A stretch of 64,000 bases of DNA from the IMG/VR virus record IMGVR_UViG_3300032304_002285, positions 64,001 to 128,000 of that record, one strand, 5' to 3'. Below are positions 45,920 through 56,090 of this stretch, in pieces. The notes under the pieces are model-generated. The model did no database searches and was not told the origin of the DNA. It was given only the letters and a program-made list of their open reading frames with translations. Source of the DNA: a virus. The position numbers were made by a program, and so were the translations under genes. Positions within the stretch are counted from its first letter, which is position 1. Each line of letters starts with the position of its first letter.

Positions 45920-47599
45920 ATGAGTTCTTTGTCTGTATCTATTATCATGAAAAACGAAGAGGGTTGTATTGCAAGGTGTTTATCTACAGTTTCTAAATTT
46001 GCCGATGAGATTATTGTTGTTGATACTGGATCAACTGACAAATCTAAAGAAATTGCAGCAACCTTCTCAAGAGTTAAGCTTTTTGATTCAGAATATTTTA
46101 ACAAAGATACTCATTTTTCTGATTTTGAGTTTGGTAAAGCAAAAAATGAGGCAATCAAGAAGTGTACGAAAGATTGGCTGCTTTGGTGGGATGCAGATGA
46201 TTACATAGATGAAGAGAATATAAATAAGATTTTGGGGATTATTAATACAGAAAAGAACCCTTGTCTTTTTTCTTTTGATATTTCTTATGGATTTTTGCGC
46301 TTTGAGCATTGCCGTCTTTTCAAAAATAATGCAGACATCTTTTTCGATGAGACGCATGCTTGTCATGAATATTTAAACACAAATGGCTTCCCTCTTTATA
46401 TTCGGAAGGACGTTGTTATTCAGCATCTTCCGGAGCACAAGACTGTTTCTTCCTCAAAGCGTAATATTGCTATTATGGAAAAGGATTATTACCGCAGGAA
46501 GCGTCAAGATCCTAGGACCATGTTTTACTTGGCTAATGGGTATAGGGAAGATGGTCAGTATGATAAAGCCATAGATTTTTATGATAAATATCTTCAAGTT
46601 TCCAATTGGAATGAGGAGAGATATTTTGCAAGGTATTATAAAGCTCAGTGTTTATTTCGTTCTGGAAAATTAGAAGAGAGCCGGAATGAGGTTCTTAGGT
46701 CTTTGACAGAAGATTTTCGTTTTGCAGAATCTTTTTGTTTTTTAGGTGATGTTGCTTTTTATTTTAAGGACTATGAAAAGGCGATTCTTTGGTATAAGAT
46801 GGCTTTGTCTACTCCATATCCGAAAGATGCCAGACTTTTTGTTTCTCGCTATTCTTATTCTGATTATCCAACCGCAAAAATTGGTGAGTGTTTATCTTTG
46901 GTTGGAGAAACCGGGCAATTAGCACAAGTAGTACAGCCAGTACAACCAGAAGCTAATCCTGAAGCAAAAGAAGTTACAAAGCGTATTTGTAATTTCACAT
47001 TGCCAGAAGATAAAGGTTTGGCAATGATTGCAGCAATGGTGTTTTCTAATTGTGTTAATAAAGGCTTGGCTGATATAAGCGTATTTGTTAAGGACGATTG
47101 GCAGAGGGCTTTGATGTCCAAATTTGCCAAAATAAGTCTTTCTAATGAATTAGGAGCAAAGATATCACTTCCTTCCAAGCTAAAAGAAAAGCATTTGTTG
47201 GAATGGGTTTCTAGATCTTCTGGTTTTTATGATTTAAATATTGATCCTGTTATTATCAACGGGGATTTTGAAAACCCTAGAGATACGATTTTACTTCAAA
47301 ACGTTATGGATTCTCCTGTTCTTGAGCGGGTAAAAATGTTGAATGGGGGTAAGAGGGCAATTGCAATGGTTAGTGAGGATGGTGGTTTTGACGAGACGGT
47401 TTCTTTTTTTATGAAGGGTTCAATATTTATTGGGAATGCGGGGTGGCTTCAGCATTTAGCACAATGGTTTAATATTCCTGCTTTTATTGTTATGGGAGAT
47501 AAAAATTTCAAAGAATATTCTTGGGGTAATCAAGAGAATGTTCCGACTATGGTTATACCAAAGCTGGAAAGTTTTTATTCTAGGAGTCAACAATGGTAG
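45920..47599 (+). CDS. GT2 glycosyltransferase with TPR repeats and a C-terminal GT9-like segment
   Basis: LSVSIIMKNEE..IARCL...EIIVVDTGSTD...KNEAI..C..DW....DADD. TPR pattern YLANGY...KAI..Y..YL. C-terminal FIGNAGWLQHLA. Confidence 0.85.
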   Translation: MSSLSVSIIMKNEEGCIARCLSTVSKFADEIIVVDTGSTDKSKEIAATFSRVKLFDSEYFNKDTHFSDFEFGKAKNEAIKKCTKDWLLWWDADDYIDEENINKILGIINTEKNPCLFSFDISYGFLRFEHCRLFKNNADIFFDETHACHEYLNTNGFPLYIRKDVVIQHLPEHKTVSSSKRNIAIMEKDYYRRKRQDPRTMFYLANGYREDGQYDKAIDFYDKYLQVSNWNEERYFARYYKAQCLFRSGKLEESRNEVLRSLTEDFRFAESFCFLGDVAFYFKDYEKAILWYKMALSTPYPKDARLFVSRYSYSDYPTAKIGECLSLVGETGQLAQVVQPVQPEANPEAKEVTKRICNFTLPEDKGLAMIAAMVFSNCVNKGLADISVFVKDDWQRALMSKFAKISLSNELGAKISLPSKLKEKHLLEWVSRSSGFYDLNIDPVIINGDFENPRDTILLQNVMDSPVLERVKMLNGGKRAIAMVSEDGGFDETVSFFMKGSIFIGNAGWLQHLAQWFNIPAFIVMGDKNFKEYSWGNQENVPTMVIPKLESFYSRSQQW

Positions 47600-48066
47600 A
47601 CGGGTTTGAGGCATATTATAATCCCCAGTCACTTCATCCTTGTGACTTGCTTGGTATTTTAATTAAAGAATCGAAGCTGATTGGTCTTGTTAATAATTAT
47701 CCGTTGAGGAGAACTGCTGTGCCATATGATGCTATAGAACTTTATGCTGGGAATAAACGTAGACTTAGGCTTTATGTTAAGGATGCAAGTCTTAATCCAA
47801 TTAATTTAACTGGTGCTGTTTGTACTTTTACTTTAAAGAAAATTAAAAGTGGTCCTGTTGTTTTTTCCAAGAGGACTAATTATCCAGCAGAAGGTATGAT
47901 TGGTTCAGCGGATCAGGGCGAGGCTTTCTTTTATGTTAATCCGGCTGATACTCAGAGTTTAGATATTGCTCAATATGTGTATGACGTAAAGGTTGTGCTT
48001 GTGGGGGATGATGGACCCTATACTACTAACGAGGGTGTAATAAATCTTAAGAAGCCTGTAGGGTAA
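47593..48066 (+). CDS. BppU N-terminal-like (Ig-fold) virion protein
   Basis: IELYAG...LYVKD...INLTGA...GEAFF...DT..L....Y.YDVKV. Confidence 0.55.
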   Translation: MVDGFEAYYNPQSLHPCDLLGILIKESKLIGLVNNYPLRRTAVPYDAIELYAGNKRRLRLYVKDASLNPINLTGAVCTFTLKKIKSGPVVFSKRTNYPAEGMIGSADQGEAFFYVNPADTQSLDIAQYVYDVKVVLVGDDGPYTTNEGVINLKKPVG

Positions 48067-48117
48067 ACTCCTATTCCTGTTGGTATAATATCTTAACTGG
48101 GGATCAGGAGTATTATT

Positions 48118-51100
48118 ATGTCTAGAATGTGGGTTCGCAATGATGGCTTTTTAATTATTGAATGTGATTATGAGCAACGGAATTTGGTAAAAGAGATAGG
48201 TGGGAGATGGGATGTAGTAGAAAGGGCTTGGGTTGTTGCATTTAGTATTTCCAATGTGGAATATTTAGTTGACGAGATTGATTCTTTAACGGTTGATCAG
48301 TCTGTTGAAGATAAGCTGCATCAACAGATAGAAAAAGAAGACAAGCTAAATAAAATCCGGGAAATGTCCAAACAGGATGTTCCGGTTCGTCTTCTTGTCC
48401 CTGGTCTTAAGGAGAATTGTAGACTCTATAATTACCAAAAACTGGGTGTTGTCTATTCTTTAACAAATGCAGAAGGGGTATTAATTGCCGACGAAATGGG
48501 TTTGGGAAAATTTTGTGCTATAAACACCCCCGTATTAACAGCTTATGGCTGGCAACCAATTGGTTCTTTGAAGGTCGGGGACATGGTTTATTCGAGGGCT
48601 GGAACCCTTAGCCGGGTAAATGGAGTTTATCCTCAGGGTGTGAAAGAATTACTGAAAGTAACTTTTAGTGATGGGTTTTCATGTGAGTGTGGGTGGGAGC
48701 ATCTTTGGATAGCCCAGACGGACAACAATGCGAAGAGGAAGCAGGGGTGGAGAGTTCTCGACACTCGACAATTATTTGGTGACTTACACTACAAGGATAA
48801 AAGGGCCAAGTGGCGGATACCCTTGGTCGAACCAATCGCCTATAACACTAAGACGTATATCATACCACCATATCTAATGGGAGTGTTGCTTGGGGATGGT
48901 TCCTTGACAGATGGAGTAACCTTTGTTCCTGGGGATGATGAAACTCCATTTCTTGTACAGAAGGCTGTACCTCCGGGTTATAGCTTGCATAAGAATGCTG
49001 ATTATGGAACGTCAACTCGGTATTCTATTGTTTATAAAGGCAGTGGATACGAGAACCCACTAAAAACTCAAATTGTTAAATATGGACTAAATGTTACTGG
49101 GGAAAGGAAGTTTATTCCTCATGAATATCTTGAAGGAAGCATAGAACAACGGAAGCAGTTGTTGGCTGGCTTATTGGATACAGATGGTTCTGCAATGAAA
49201 GCTAGGACTAGGTTTTCAACAGTATCGGAACGTCTTGCTGATGACGTTATCGAGCTTGTTCATAGTCTGGGTGGAATGGCTACTAAGTCTCTTGTTCCTG
49301 GCAGATTAAGGGTAAGGGATGGGAAGCAGGTTCAGGAGCAGGATTGTTGGCAATTGGTTGTTAGAACTAGTTTTAATCCATTTTCCCGTCCATCTTCTAT
49401 TGCGAAGTGGAAGAGATCATCAAAACTTGTCAGGAATATTGTAAGTATTGAGCCTGTACGGTATGATGATGCGGTATGTATTGCTGTTGATTCCAAAGAT
49501 CATTCGTATGTTATTCAGCATCATATTGTAACACACAATACCCTGCAAGGTCTTGCTATTTCGTTGGTTAGGAAGAATAAGAACGGGGCAAAAAAGTGTC
49601 TTATTGTCACTCCTGCTTCTTTAAAGTACAATTGGCCAATTGAAATCGAAAAATTTACAGATGAGAAGTTTGTGGTAATTGATGGGAGTCCAGAAGAGAG
49701 GATTGCTCAATGGATGCGGGATGACGTTTATTATTACGTTGTTAATTTTGAGCTTATTCTTGAGGATTTGTTTGGAGGTAGGGAATATAAAGAAGATCCA
49801 GATGATGATGAAGAGAAGACTGCCAGAAAAAAAGAATTAAAAGCTAAGGCTCAATTTAGGAAGAAAATTTTAAGTTCTGTAAAAGAACGAGATTGGGATA
49901 TGATCCTTGTGGATGAATCCCATGCCCTTAAATCTCATGCTAGCAAGAGAAGTAAGTGTATAAAGCAATTGAAGAGTAAATTCCGAGTGGCTTTAACAGG
50001 TACTCCGATGGATGGGAGATTAGAAGAGTTACATTCAGTTATGGAATTTGTTTATCCTGGGTTGTTGGAATCAAGAACCAGATTTCTTCAGAAGCATGCC
50101 ATTACTGATTTCTGGGGAAAGGTGACTGGGTATAAAGATATTGATGATGTAAAGAAGCGGATAGCTCATTGTTTTATTCGCAGATTAAAGGCTGATGTTT
50201 TAAAGGACTTGCCTAATAAAATCTATCAGAATAGGATTGTGGTTCTATCAAAGGAAGAAGAAAAAATCTACAAGGCGTTAGCTTCTTCGGGTCATGTAGC
50301 AACCCAAGATACTGAAGCCATGGTTACTGTGATCAGATGTAAGCAGTTTTGTGATTATCCTGGATTAATTGGTGAGAATTGCAAGGTGAATTCTAAGCTT
50401 GAGGCTTTTAAGGAGATTTTGGATGAGGTAATTATTCAAAATGGGCATAAGGTTCTGGTTTTTAGTCAGTATAAGCAGATGATAGATGTTTTGGTGAAAG
50501 TAATGGAAGAGATGAATCTGAAATATCTTCGGATTGACGGAGATACACCAAAGCAGCTTCGAGCGGGGATGCAAAAGCAATTCAACGAGGATAAATCAAT
50601 AGATTCGATGATTGGCACAGAGGCTATGTCTACTGGTTTGAATTTCACCTCTGCTGATTATGTAATTAATTATGATGACAATTGGGCTCCTGCTATTATG
50701 GCTCAGAGGGAGGATCGGTGTGTTATAGAGGGTCAGTATGTCAATACGGATCGCGGGATGGTTAAGATTGAGGATGTTAAGACTGGGGATATGGTTTTAA
50801 CTCATCGGGGTAGATATCGGAAGGTATTAGACGTATGGAATAAACTTCATAGATCTAATACAACTGGTGGATTAACAACGGAAATCAAATACAGAAGATA
50901 TGGCTATCCATTAAAAGTAACCCATGATCATTTAGTTTTGATCCTTAGGGGTGAAAAAATAGATTGGATGGAGGCAGTTGATGTCCGTCCTCGTGATTTT
51001 TTATTATCTCCTATTTTGTCTGAAGAAAGAAATGACCCTGGTGAATTGGAATTTCCAGAGGAGTTTTCTTTTAATAAGATGCAGAGATTAAATGGTTCTG

Positions 51101-52005
51101 CTGAATTTGTTAATGGTAGATATCATCCATTGCCAAGAGCCATCAAGATAGATGACGACTTCCTTTTTGTTGTTGGTTGGTATTTGGCGGAAGGGTTTTG
51201 TTCTATTTCAAATGACAAAGGCAAGTTTGTTTCTTTTTCTGGGCATGTTAAGGAGATGAGTATTCTGGAAAGGATAAAAAAGTATTCTAAGGAAATACTT
51301 GGAATAAATGGAACAATAAATAAGCCAGCAACTAACGGGATAGAATTAAGAGTATATAGCTCTGAGTTGGCTTTTTGGTTTGAAAGTTTATTTGGGGGCG
51401 AATGTTTTAAAAAACAAATACCCCACGATTGGCTTGTAAAGTGGGATATAAAATATTTAGAAAAAATATATGGAGCATATGTCCAGGGGGATGGGTATTT
51501 TAGAAGGAACACTAAAGAATGGGTTACTGTTTCTCCAATTCTTTCTTTACAAATGACGAAAATAACCGAAATGATGGGTTATCCTTCAACGTTGAGGCAG
51601 GTTGATAATTGCCATAATAAGGGCCATTGGATTGGCGCTTTAACGGCAAATGGAGATTACAGAAGTTCGCCTCTTTTAAATAAGAAAGTGGATGGTTATG
51701 TATGTCTTCCTGTTTCTGAGGTTATGACAAGAATAGAGACCAGTAAGAAAGTTCGGGTTTATGATTTAACTGTTGAGGAAGATTCTTCCTTTGTTGTTGG
51801 AAGGGCGGCTGTTCACAATTGTCATCGCCTTGGCCAGAAAAATGTAGTTAATGTAATTAATTTTGTTTGTAAAAATACGATCGAGGAAAGGATTCGTGGT
51901 GTTTTATATGGAAAGTCTGTTGTTTCAGCGGAGACACTTGGGGATGATGTAGACGATATGGTTTTACATCGGTTGGGACCTAAAGATATTGCTAAATTGC
52001 TTTAA
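48118..52005 (+). CDS. SNF2-family helicase precursor with two inteins (~585 aa after splicing)
   Basis: ADEMGLGK|TLQ (motif I), LVDESHALK (II), ALTGTP (III), KVLVFSQY (IV), AQREDR|CHRLGQ (VI). Confidence 0.92.
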   Translation: MSRMWVRNDGFLIIECDYEQRNLVKEIGGRWDVVERAWVVAFSISNVEYLVDEIDSLTVDQSVEDKLHQQIEKEDKLNKIREMSKQDVPVRLLVPGLKENCRLYNYQKLGVVYSLTNAEGVLIADEMGLGKFCAINTPVLTAYGWQPIGSLKVGDMVYSRAGTLSRVNGVYPQGVKELLKVTFSDGFSCECGWEHLWIAQTDNNAKRKQGWRVLDTRQLFGDLHYKDKRAKWRIPLVEPIAYNTKTYIIPPYLMGVLLGDGSLTDGVTFVPGDDETPFLVQKAVPPGYSLHKNADYGTSTRYSIVYKGSGYENPLKTQIVKYGLNVTGERKFIPHEYLEGSIEQRKQLLAGLLDTDGSAMKARTRFSTVSERLADDVIELVHSLGGMATKSLVPGRLRVRDGKQVQEQDCWQLVVRTSFNPFSRPSSIAKWKRSSKLVRNIVSIEPVRYDDAVCIAVDSKDHSYVIQHHIVTHNTLQGLAISLVRKNKNGAKKCLIVTPASLKYNWPIEIEKFTDEKFVVIDGSPEERIAQWMRDDVYYYVVNFELILEDLFGGREYKEDPDDDEEKTARKKELKAKAQFRKKILSSVKERDWDMILVDESHALKSHASKRSKCIKQLKSKFRVALTGTPMDGRLEELHSVMEFVYPGLLESRTRFLQKHAITDFWGKVTGYKDIDDVKKRIAHCFIRRLKADVLKDLPNKIYQNRIVVLSKEEEKIYKALASSGHVATQDTEAMVTVIRCKQFCDYPGLIGENCKVNSKLEAFKEILDEVIIQNGHKVLVFSQYKQMIDVLVKVMEEMNLKYLRIDGDTPKQLRAGMQKQFNEDKSIDSMIGTEAMSTGLNFTSADYVINYDDNWAPAIMAQREDRCVIEGQYVNTDRGMVKIEDVKTGDMVLTHRGRYRKVLDVWNKLHRSNTTGGLTTEIKYRRYGYPLKVTHDHLVLILRGEKIDWMEAVDVRPRDFLLSPILSEERNDPGELEFPEEFSFNKMQRLNGSAEFVNGRYHPLPRAIKIDDDFLFVVGWYLAEGFCSISNDKGKFVSFSGHVKEMSILERIKKYSKEILGINGTINKPATNGIELRVYSSELAFWFESLFGGECFKKQIPHDWLVKWDIKYLEKIYGAYVQGDGYFRRNTKEWVTVSPILSLQMTKITEMMGYPSTLRQVDNCHNKGHWIGALTANGDYRSSPLLNKKVDGYVCLPVSEVMTRIETSKKVRVYDLTVEEDSSFVVGRAAVHNCHRLGQKNVVNVINFVCKNTIEERIRGVLYGKSVVSAETLGDDVDDMVLHRLGPKDIAKLL
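48511..49539 (+). mobile_element. Class 3 intein (343 aa, N-terminal Phe) with LAGLIDADG homing endonuclease
   Basis: Inserted in Walker A (GLGK|T). WCT signature: EHLW, AVCIAVDSKDHSY, IVTHN. LAGLIDADG motifs LMGVLLGDGS and LAGLLDTDGS. Confidence 0.85.
50719..51819 (+). mobile_element. Class 1 intein (367 aa) with LAGLIDADG-like endonuclease
   Basis: Begins CVIEGQYV, block B VTHDHLV, ends VYDLTVEEDSSF...VHN|C in helicase motif VI. Endonuclease motifs VGWYLAEG and GAYVQGDG. Confidence 0.9.
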
Positions 52006-52017
52006 TGGGAGAGGTTT

Positions 52018-53841
52018 ATGTCTGGTTTTAATGACACTATGGAGCTAGAGCGTTCGCTTTTGCATCTTCTTGTTACTCAGAAGATGACTCTTCAGAAAAT
52101 CCACAATAAAATCAAAGAAGATTATTTTACATCTAAAGAAAGAAAGTTTATCCGGGATAATATTGTCCGTACCTTTAAGACTTCTAAGGGGTTGTTGACT
52201 CAAAACATTTTTGATTATGAGGTAAGAAGCCGGATTGATGTTAAGGATGCTCATTTTTATGAAATGGAATGGAGCCTTATTAATGGCTTGCAAGGTAAGG
52301 ATGAGCCTGAGGTTTTGTTAGAAAGATTAGGGAAGGCTCATGTTGGAAGGCAATTATTAGACGTTGCTGAATCTGTGGCTGAGTTTATTGAAAAAGGAAA
52401 GATTGATGAAGCTCAGCGTTTCATCAAAACTTCTCTTTCTAAGATATCGGATCAAAAGCAAACTCCTGATATTGTAGAGCTTACGGATTATAAGCATCGG
52501 CTTGAGGTTATTCAGGATAAGAAGGATCATCCAGAAAAATATCTTGGGATAAAGACAGGCTTTGCTACTTTTGATAATGCTACTGGTGGTTTATTCCCTG
52601 GTGAATTGACTTTGTTTTCTGCTATTACTGGTGTGGGTAAGTCTACTATTCTTAAGCAGATAGAGACGGGAATTATTAAGTGCAATAAGAATAAGAATGT
52701 ACTTCATATTTGTAATGAGGAGCATCTATTACAGGTTGAGACAAAATTTGATGCTCAAATGAGTGGAATCCCATATAGGGATTTTAAGTTGGCTACGATT
52801 ACTGATGAAAATTTGGAAAAATGGAAAACAATAATGGAGGTAGATTTAAGGCAACCCGGAATTGGGAGAATTTTTGTAAAAGAAGTTCCAGCTTTTACTG
52901 ATATCACTTTGATTGAGGAGGCGATTAGGGAATTAGAGGCAAAGGGAATTAAGATTGATGTTGTGATCATTGACCATTTGCCCCACGTAAAACCGGTTGA
53001 GCAGGCTTGGGGGGAATTTGATGAACAAGGGAAAGCTGCTACTGATTGTAAGGAGTTGGGTAGGGCTTTCCATTTGGCTGTGGTTACTGCAACTCAGGCT
53101 TCAACAGAAGTAGAAAAGAAACAGACTAAGGGAAAGGCTGCTGGGAAGATGGATGTATATGGATCTAAGGAGCAGGTTCATGTAGCAAATACCTCTATTG
53201 CTGTGACTGTAACCGGGAAAGACGATTCAGATCTCAGCATTCCAGAATGGGAAAGAGATGTTTATTGGAGTGTTGATATCAAAAAGAATCGTGATGGTGC
53301 TTGTTTCGCATTTAAGGCTGTTCATCATGTAAAATATGGATTTGTTGAGGAAAGGAAGGAGGAGCCTAAGCAGAATAAGGCGGTAGATAATTCATTAAAT
53401 AATGCTGTTGGCGAAGTAGGGAAAGGAACAGAGAAAGGGAAACAGAGCAAGAAGCAAGAAGAGAAGACAACGGAAGAAAAGCCAAAGGAAGAGAGTACAA
53501 AGGAAGTGGATCAAGAGGAAAAACCGAAAGAGGATTCACAGCAGGAAGAAAAACAAGTAGAGGATGATCCAAAGCCTCAAGAGGAAGTTAAAAAAGAGGA
53601 AGAGGTGGAGGTTGGTGTTGATGCGGGAGTTCCAATTTCTTTTCTTGATAAACAAAAGGCTTTGGAAAAAACAGGAATGAAACCAATAGCTAATAGTGAA
53701 ATAGAGACTTCGGATGAGGCTATGGAAGAAGTGAAAAAATTAGTTATTACTAATCAGCCGGTTGCCATTTCTCAGCCGAAGGTGGAAAAAACTTTGGTAA
53801 GTACAATTAAGAAGCCAAAAATTTTAGGTTTTAATTCTTAG
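52018..53841 (+). CDS. dnaB: Replicative DnaB-like helicase with a long charged C-terminal tail
   Basis: TGFATFDNATGGLFPGEL...AITGVGKS (Walker A), VVIIDHL, KELG...VVTATQ, KKNRDG. Confidence 0.9.
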   Translation: MSGFNDTMELERSLLHLLVTQKMTLQKIHNKIKEDYFTSKERKFIRDNIVRTFKTSKGLLTQNIFDYEVRSRIDVKDAHFYEMEWSLINGLQGKDEPEVLLERLGKAHVGRQLLDVAESVAEFIEKGKIDEAQRFIKTSLSKISDQKQTPDIVELTDYKHRLEVIQDKKDHPEKYLGIKTGFATFDNATGGLFPGELTLFSAITGVGKSTILKQIETGIIKCNKNKNVLHICNEEHLLQVETKFDAQMSGIPYRDFKLATITDENLEKWKTIMEVDLRQPGIGRIFVKEVPAFTDITLIEEAIRELEAKGIKIDVVIIDHLPHVKPVEQAWGEFDEQGKAATDCKELGRAFHLAVVTATQASTEVEKKQTKGKAAGKMDVYGSKEQVHVANTSIAVTVTGKDDSDLSIPEWERDVYWSVDIKKNRDGACFAFKAVHHVKYGFVEERKEEPKQNKAVDNSLNNAVGEVGKGTEKGKQSKKQEEKTTEEKPKEESTKEVDQEEKPKEDSQQEEKQVEDDPKPQEEVKKEEEVEVGVDAGVPISFLDKQKALEKTGMKPIANSEIETSDEAMEEVKKLVITNQPVAISQPKVEKTLVSTIKKPKILGFNS

Positions 53842-53920
53842 GATCAGGGTGAGGATTGGGTTCTCAACGGTATAATGGTTTGTCGTTCAATTTGGGAACA
53901 AAAGACAGAAGGGCAATCAG

Positions 53921-54928
53921 ATGAAGAAGGATCAGGAAGAAATGGTTAATCAAGCTGAAGAGCATGCCTTGCTGATGTCTCAGGGAATTGGGAGTTCTTT
54001 TGCTGGGATTTATTATGTTGAATCGGCTTATGTTAAGCTGACAGCCCAGAATAAGAAATATACCGATTTGATTCTGCGGGATAAGTCTGGTGGGAGAAAC
54101 GTAAAGTACTGGGGAACGGTTCAGGATGTGAATGCTGGGACCTTTGTTTTAGTTTCTGCAATGGTTGAGGATTATCAAGGTAGCCCTTCTATCATTGCCA
54201 AGAATCTGGAAAAGGTTGATGATCCAGATGATTTGTCAGATTTCATTGCTGTTTTTGAGAATATTAAAGAGGTTGAAGATCGGTTTGTTCAACTTGTGGA
54301 TCAGGTTGTAAAGATGGAGTCTCAAGAAGGGCAAGAAACCTGTACTCTTCTTCTTGGTGAGGTTTTTGATGCTAATGAGGCTTTGTATCAAAAGTTTGTG
54401 GAATCTCCGGGGAGTGAGAATCCCTATTATGGAAGGATGGGAGGATTGCTTGTCTCTACTGTAAACGTTGCTGAGAATGTTATGGCATTGGCTGGACGTT
54501 ATGAGATGTCTAATATGGAAAAGGCTATTGCTCTAACTTCTGCTCTGTTGCATAAGATTGGTGCAGTTGATGGTTTTGAGTTCAAGAATTGTTTGCCTAA
54601 AACAACCAAGAAGGGTTTGTTGTTGGGCTTGAACAATTTGACATTCAATCGGATGTCCATTGCTATTAGGAAGGCTGTTGCAGAGGCGAAGGCTCAGGGG
54701 AAGGCTGTATCTCAGGAATTGATTCTGCTTATTCTGCATGCGGTTTCTTCTTATGATGAGACTTCTGTAAAGCCGATGTCTAAGGAGGCATTGCTTCTTT
54801 CTGCTGCTGTTAAGTGTGATAAGGAAATGGTTGAATCTTTCGATTTCATTTCCAATGATCTTAATACTTCGGAAGAGTTTACGGCTTATGACGTTCGTAA
54901 GGGACGTAAATATCTTCGGGGTGCATAA
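53921..54928 (+). CDS. YhaM/Cbf1-like OB-fold + HD-fold protein with degenerate metal ligands
   Basis: N-terminal YTDLILRDKSG...KYW OB fold. PYYGRMGGLLVST replaces HHAY.GGL..H, and LLHKIG replaces LLHDIG. Confidence 0.65.
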   Translation: MKKDQEEMVNQAEEHALLMSQGIGSSFAGIYYVESAYVKLTAQNKKYTDLILRDKSGGRNVKYWGTVQDVNAGTFVLVSAMVEDYQGSPSIIAKNLEKVDDPDDLSDFIAVFENIKEVEDRFVQLVDQVVKMESQEGQETCTLLLGEVFDANEALYQKFVESPGSENPYYGRMGGLLVSTVNVAENVMALAGRYEMSNMEKAIALTSALLHKIGAVDGFEFKNCLPKTTKKGLLLGLNNLTFNRMSIAIRKAVAEAKAQGKAVSQELILLILHAVSSYDETSVKPMSKEALLLSAAVKCDKEMVESFDFISNDLNTSEEFTAYDVRKGRKYLRGA

Positions 54929-54931
54929 CCA

Positions 54932-56026
54932 GTGGAACTTGGAATTAAAGAACAGCTTCGGTATCGAGATATTTCCTGGTTAATGTCAGGGGTAGATATC
55001 GAAGCTGTTATGGGAAAGCTAGGGACTAAGATTCATGGATGGTCAGGGGATCGTGTCATAGGATTTTGCCCTGACCATCATCTTTTCATTAATAGGAGAC
55101 CGTCCCACCCTAGATGGATGTTAAGCATTAAGACTGGAGAGACTTTTTGTTTAACGGAAGGCAGGGGAAGCAATCTTCTTTGGACAATTTGCCGTCTCTT
55201 TGATTGTTCTCCTAAAGATGCGATTAGCATTATAACGGGGGAAGAGTCTGGGTCTTTGACTGAACAGAGGATTCAGTTGAATTCCATTCGGGGTAGATTG
55301 CGGAGGATGCGTGAGGTTGAAGAAGTGGTTGCTCCTAAGATCGTTCAGGGGTTGGACGATATTGGTAAGGATTTGGTAGAAAAGCCAATTTCCCAGAGGT
55401 GCTACGATTTTTTCATTAAGCCTCCCAATAAGCCTCATCCAACTAACATAAAAAAAGAGACGGTTGATCGGTATAGTATCTTTGAAAGAACGTGGGGGTA
55501 CTATTCGGATAGGGCTATTATTCCTTTTTACATGAGGAAGGAGCTTAAGGGTTTTGCTGCTATAGATCTTCTTGGGGAAGACGAGTGGAAGAAGAAGCAT
55601 CCTTTGTCCGATAATTACAGGAAGACTCTTACAGCTATAAACTTTCAGGTGGCAGAATATCTATTTGGCTTTGATGATTGTCAGAAGGGTGCAGACTGGC
55701 TAATCGTCACAGAAGGTCCCAGAGAAGTCATGAAGCTTTGGCAGGAGGGGTTTCCTAATGCTGTTGCTACTTTGGGGATAAACATTGCCCCAGGCCAGCA
55801 TAGGCTTTTTGCCGAGTTGATGCCCAAAAACATTGTTCTGATGTATGATGGGGATGCACGAGGTCTGGCTGCAATGGATAAGATCGGAGAGAGTTTTGTA
55901 AGAATTTTTGGAAAAAAACACGTTCATAAGTGCCTCTGCCCCAATGGTTATGATCCTAAGAACTTATCAGCCAATGAGTTAATTTCCCTATTTAATGGGT
56001 TGAAAGATAAGGGTTTTGGAGTATAA
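54932..56026 (+). CDS. DNA primase (zinc-binding + TOPRIM)
   Basis: CPDH...C zinc-binding region, VTEGPRE, MYDGDARG. Confidence 0.85.
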   Translation: MELGIKEQLRYRDISWLMSGVDIEAVMGKLGTKIHGWSGDRVIGFCPDHHLFINRRPSHPRWMLSIKTGETFCLTEGRGSNLLWTICRLFDCSPKDAISIITGEESGSLTEQRIQLNSIRGRLRRMREVEEVVAPKIVQGLDDIGKDLVEKPISQRCYDFFIKPPNKPHPTNIKKETVDRYSIFERTWGYYSDRAIIPFYMRKELKGFAAIDLLGEDEWKKKHPLSDNYRKTLTAINFQVAEYLFGFDDCQKGADWLIVTEGPREVMKLWQEGFPNAVATLGINIAPGQHRLFAELMPKNIVLMYDGDARGLAAMDKIGESFVRIFGKKHVHKCLCPNGYDPKNLSANELISLFNGLKDKGFGV

Positions 56027-56090
56027 TTGAGTGGTTGGCTTTATTAGGCTTTGAATAGGCTGCCGAATTATCGGCTTGTAGAAAAAAGGC

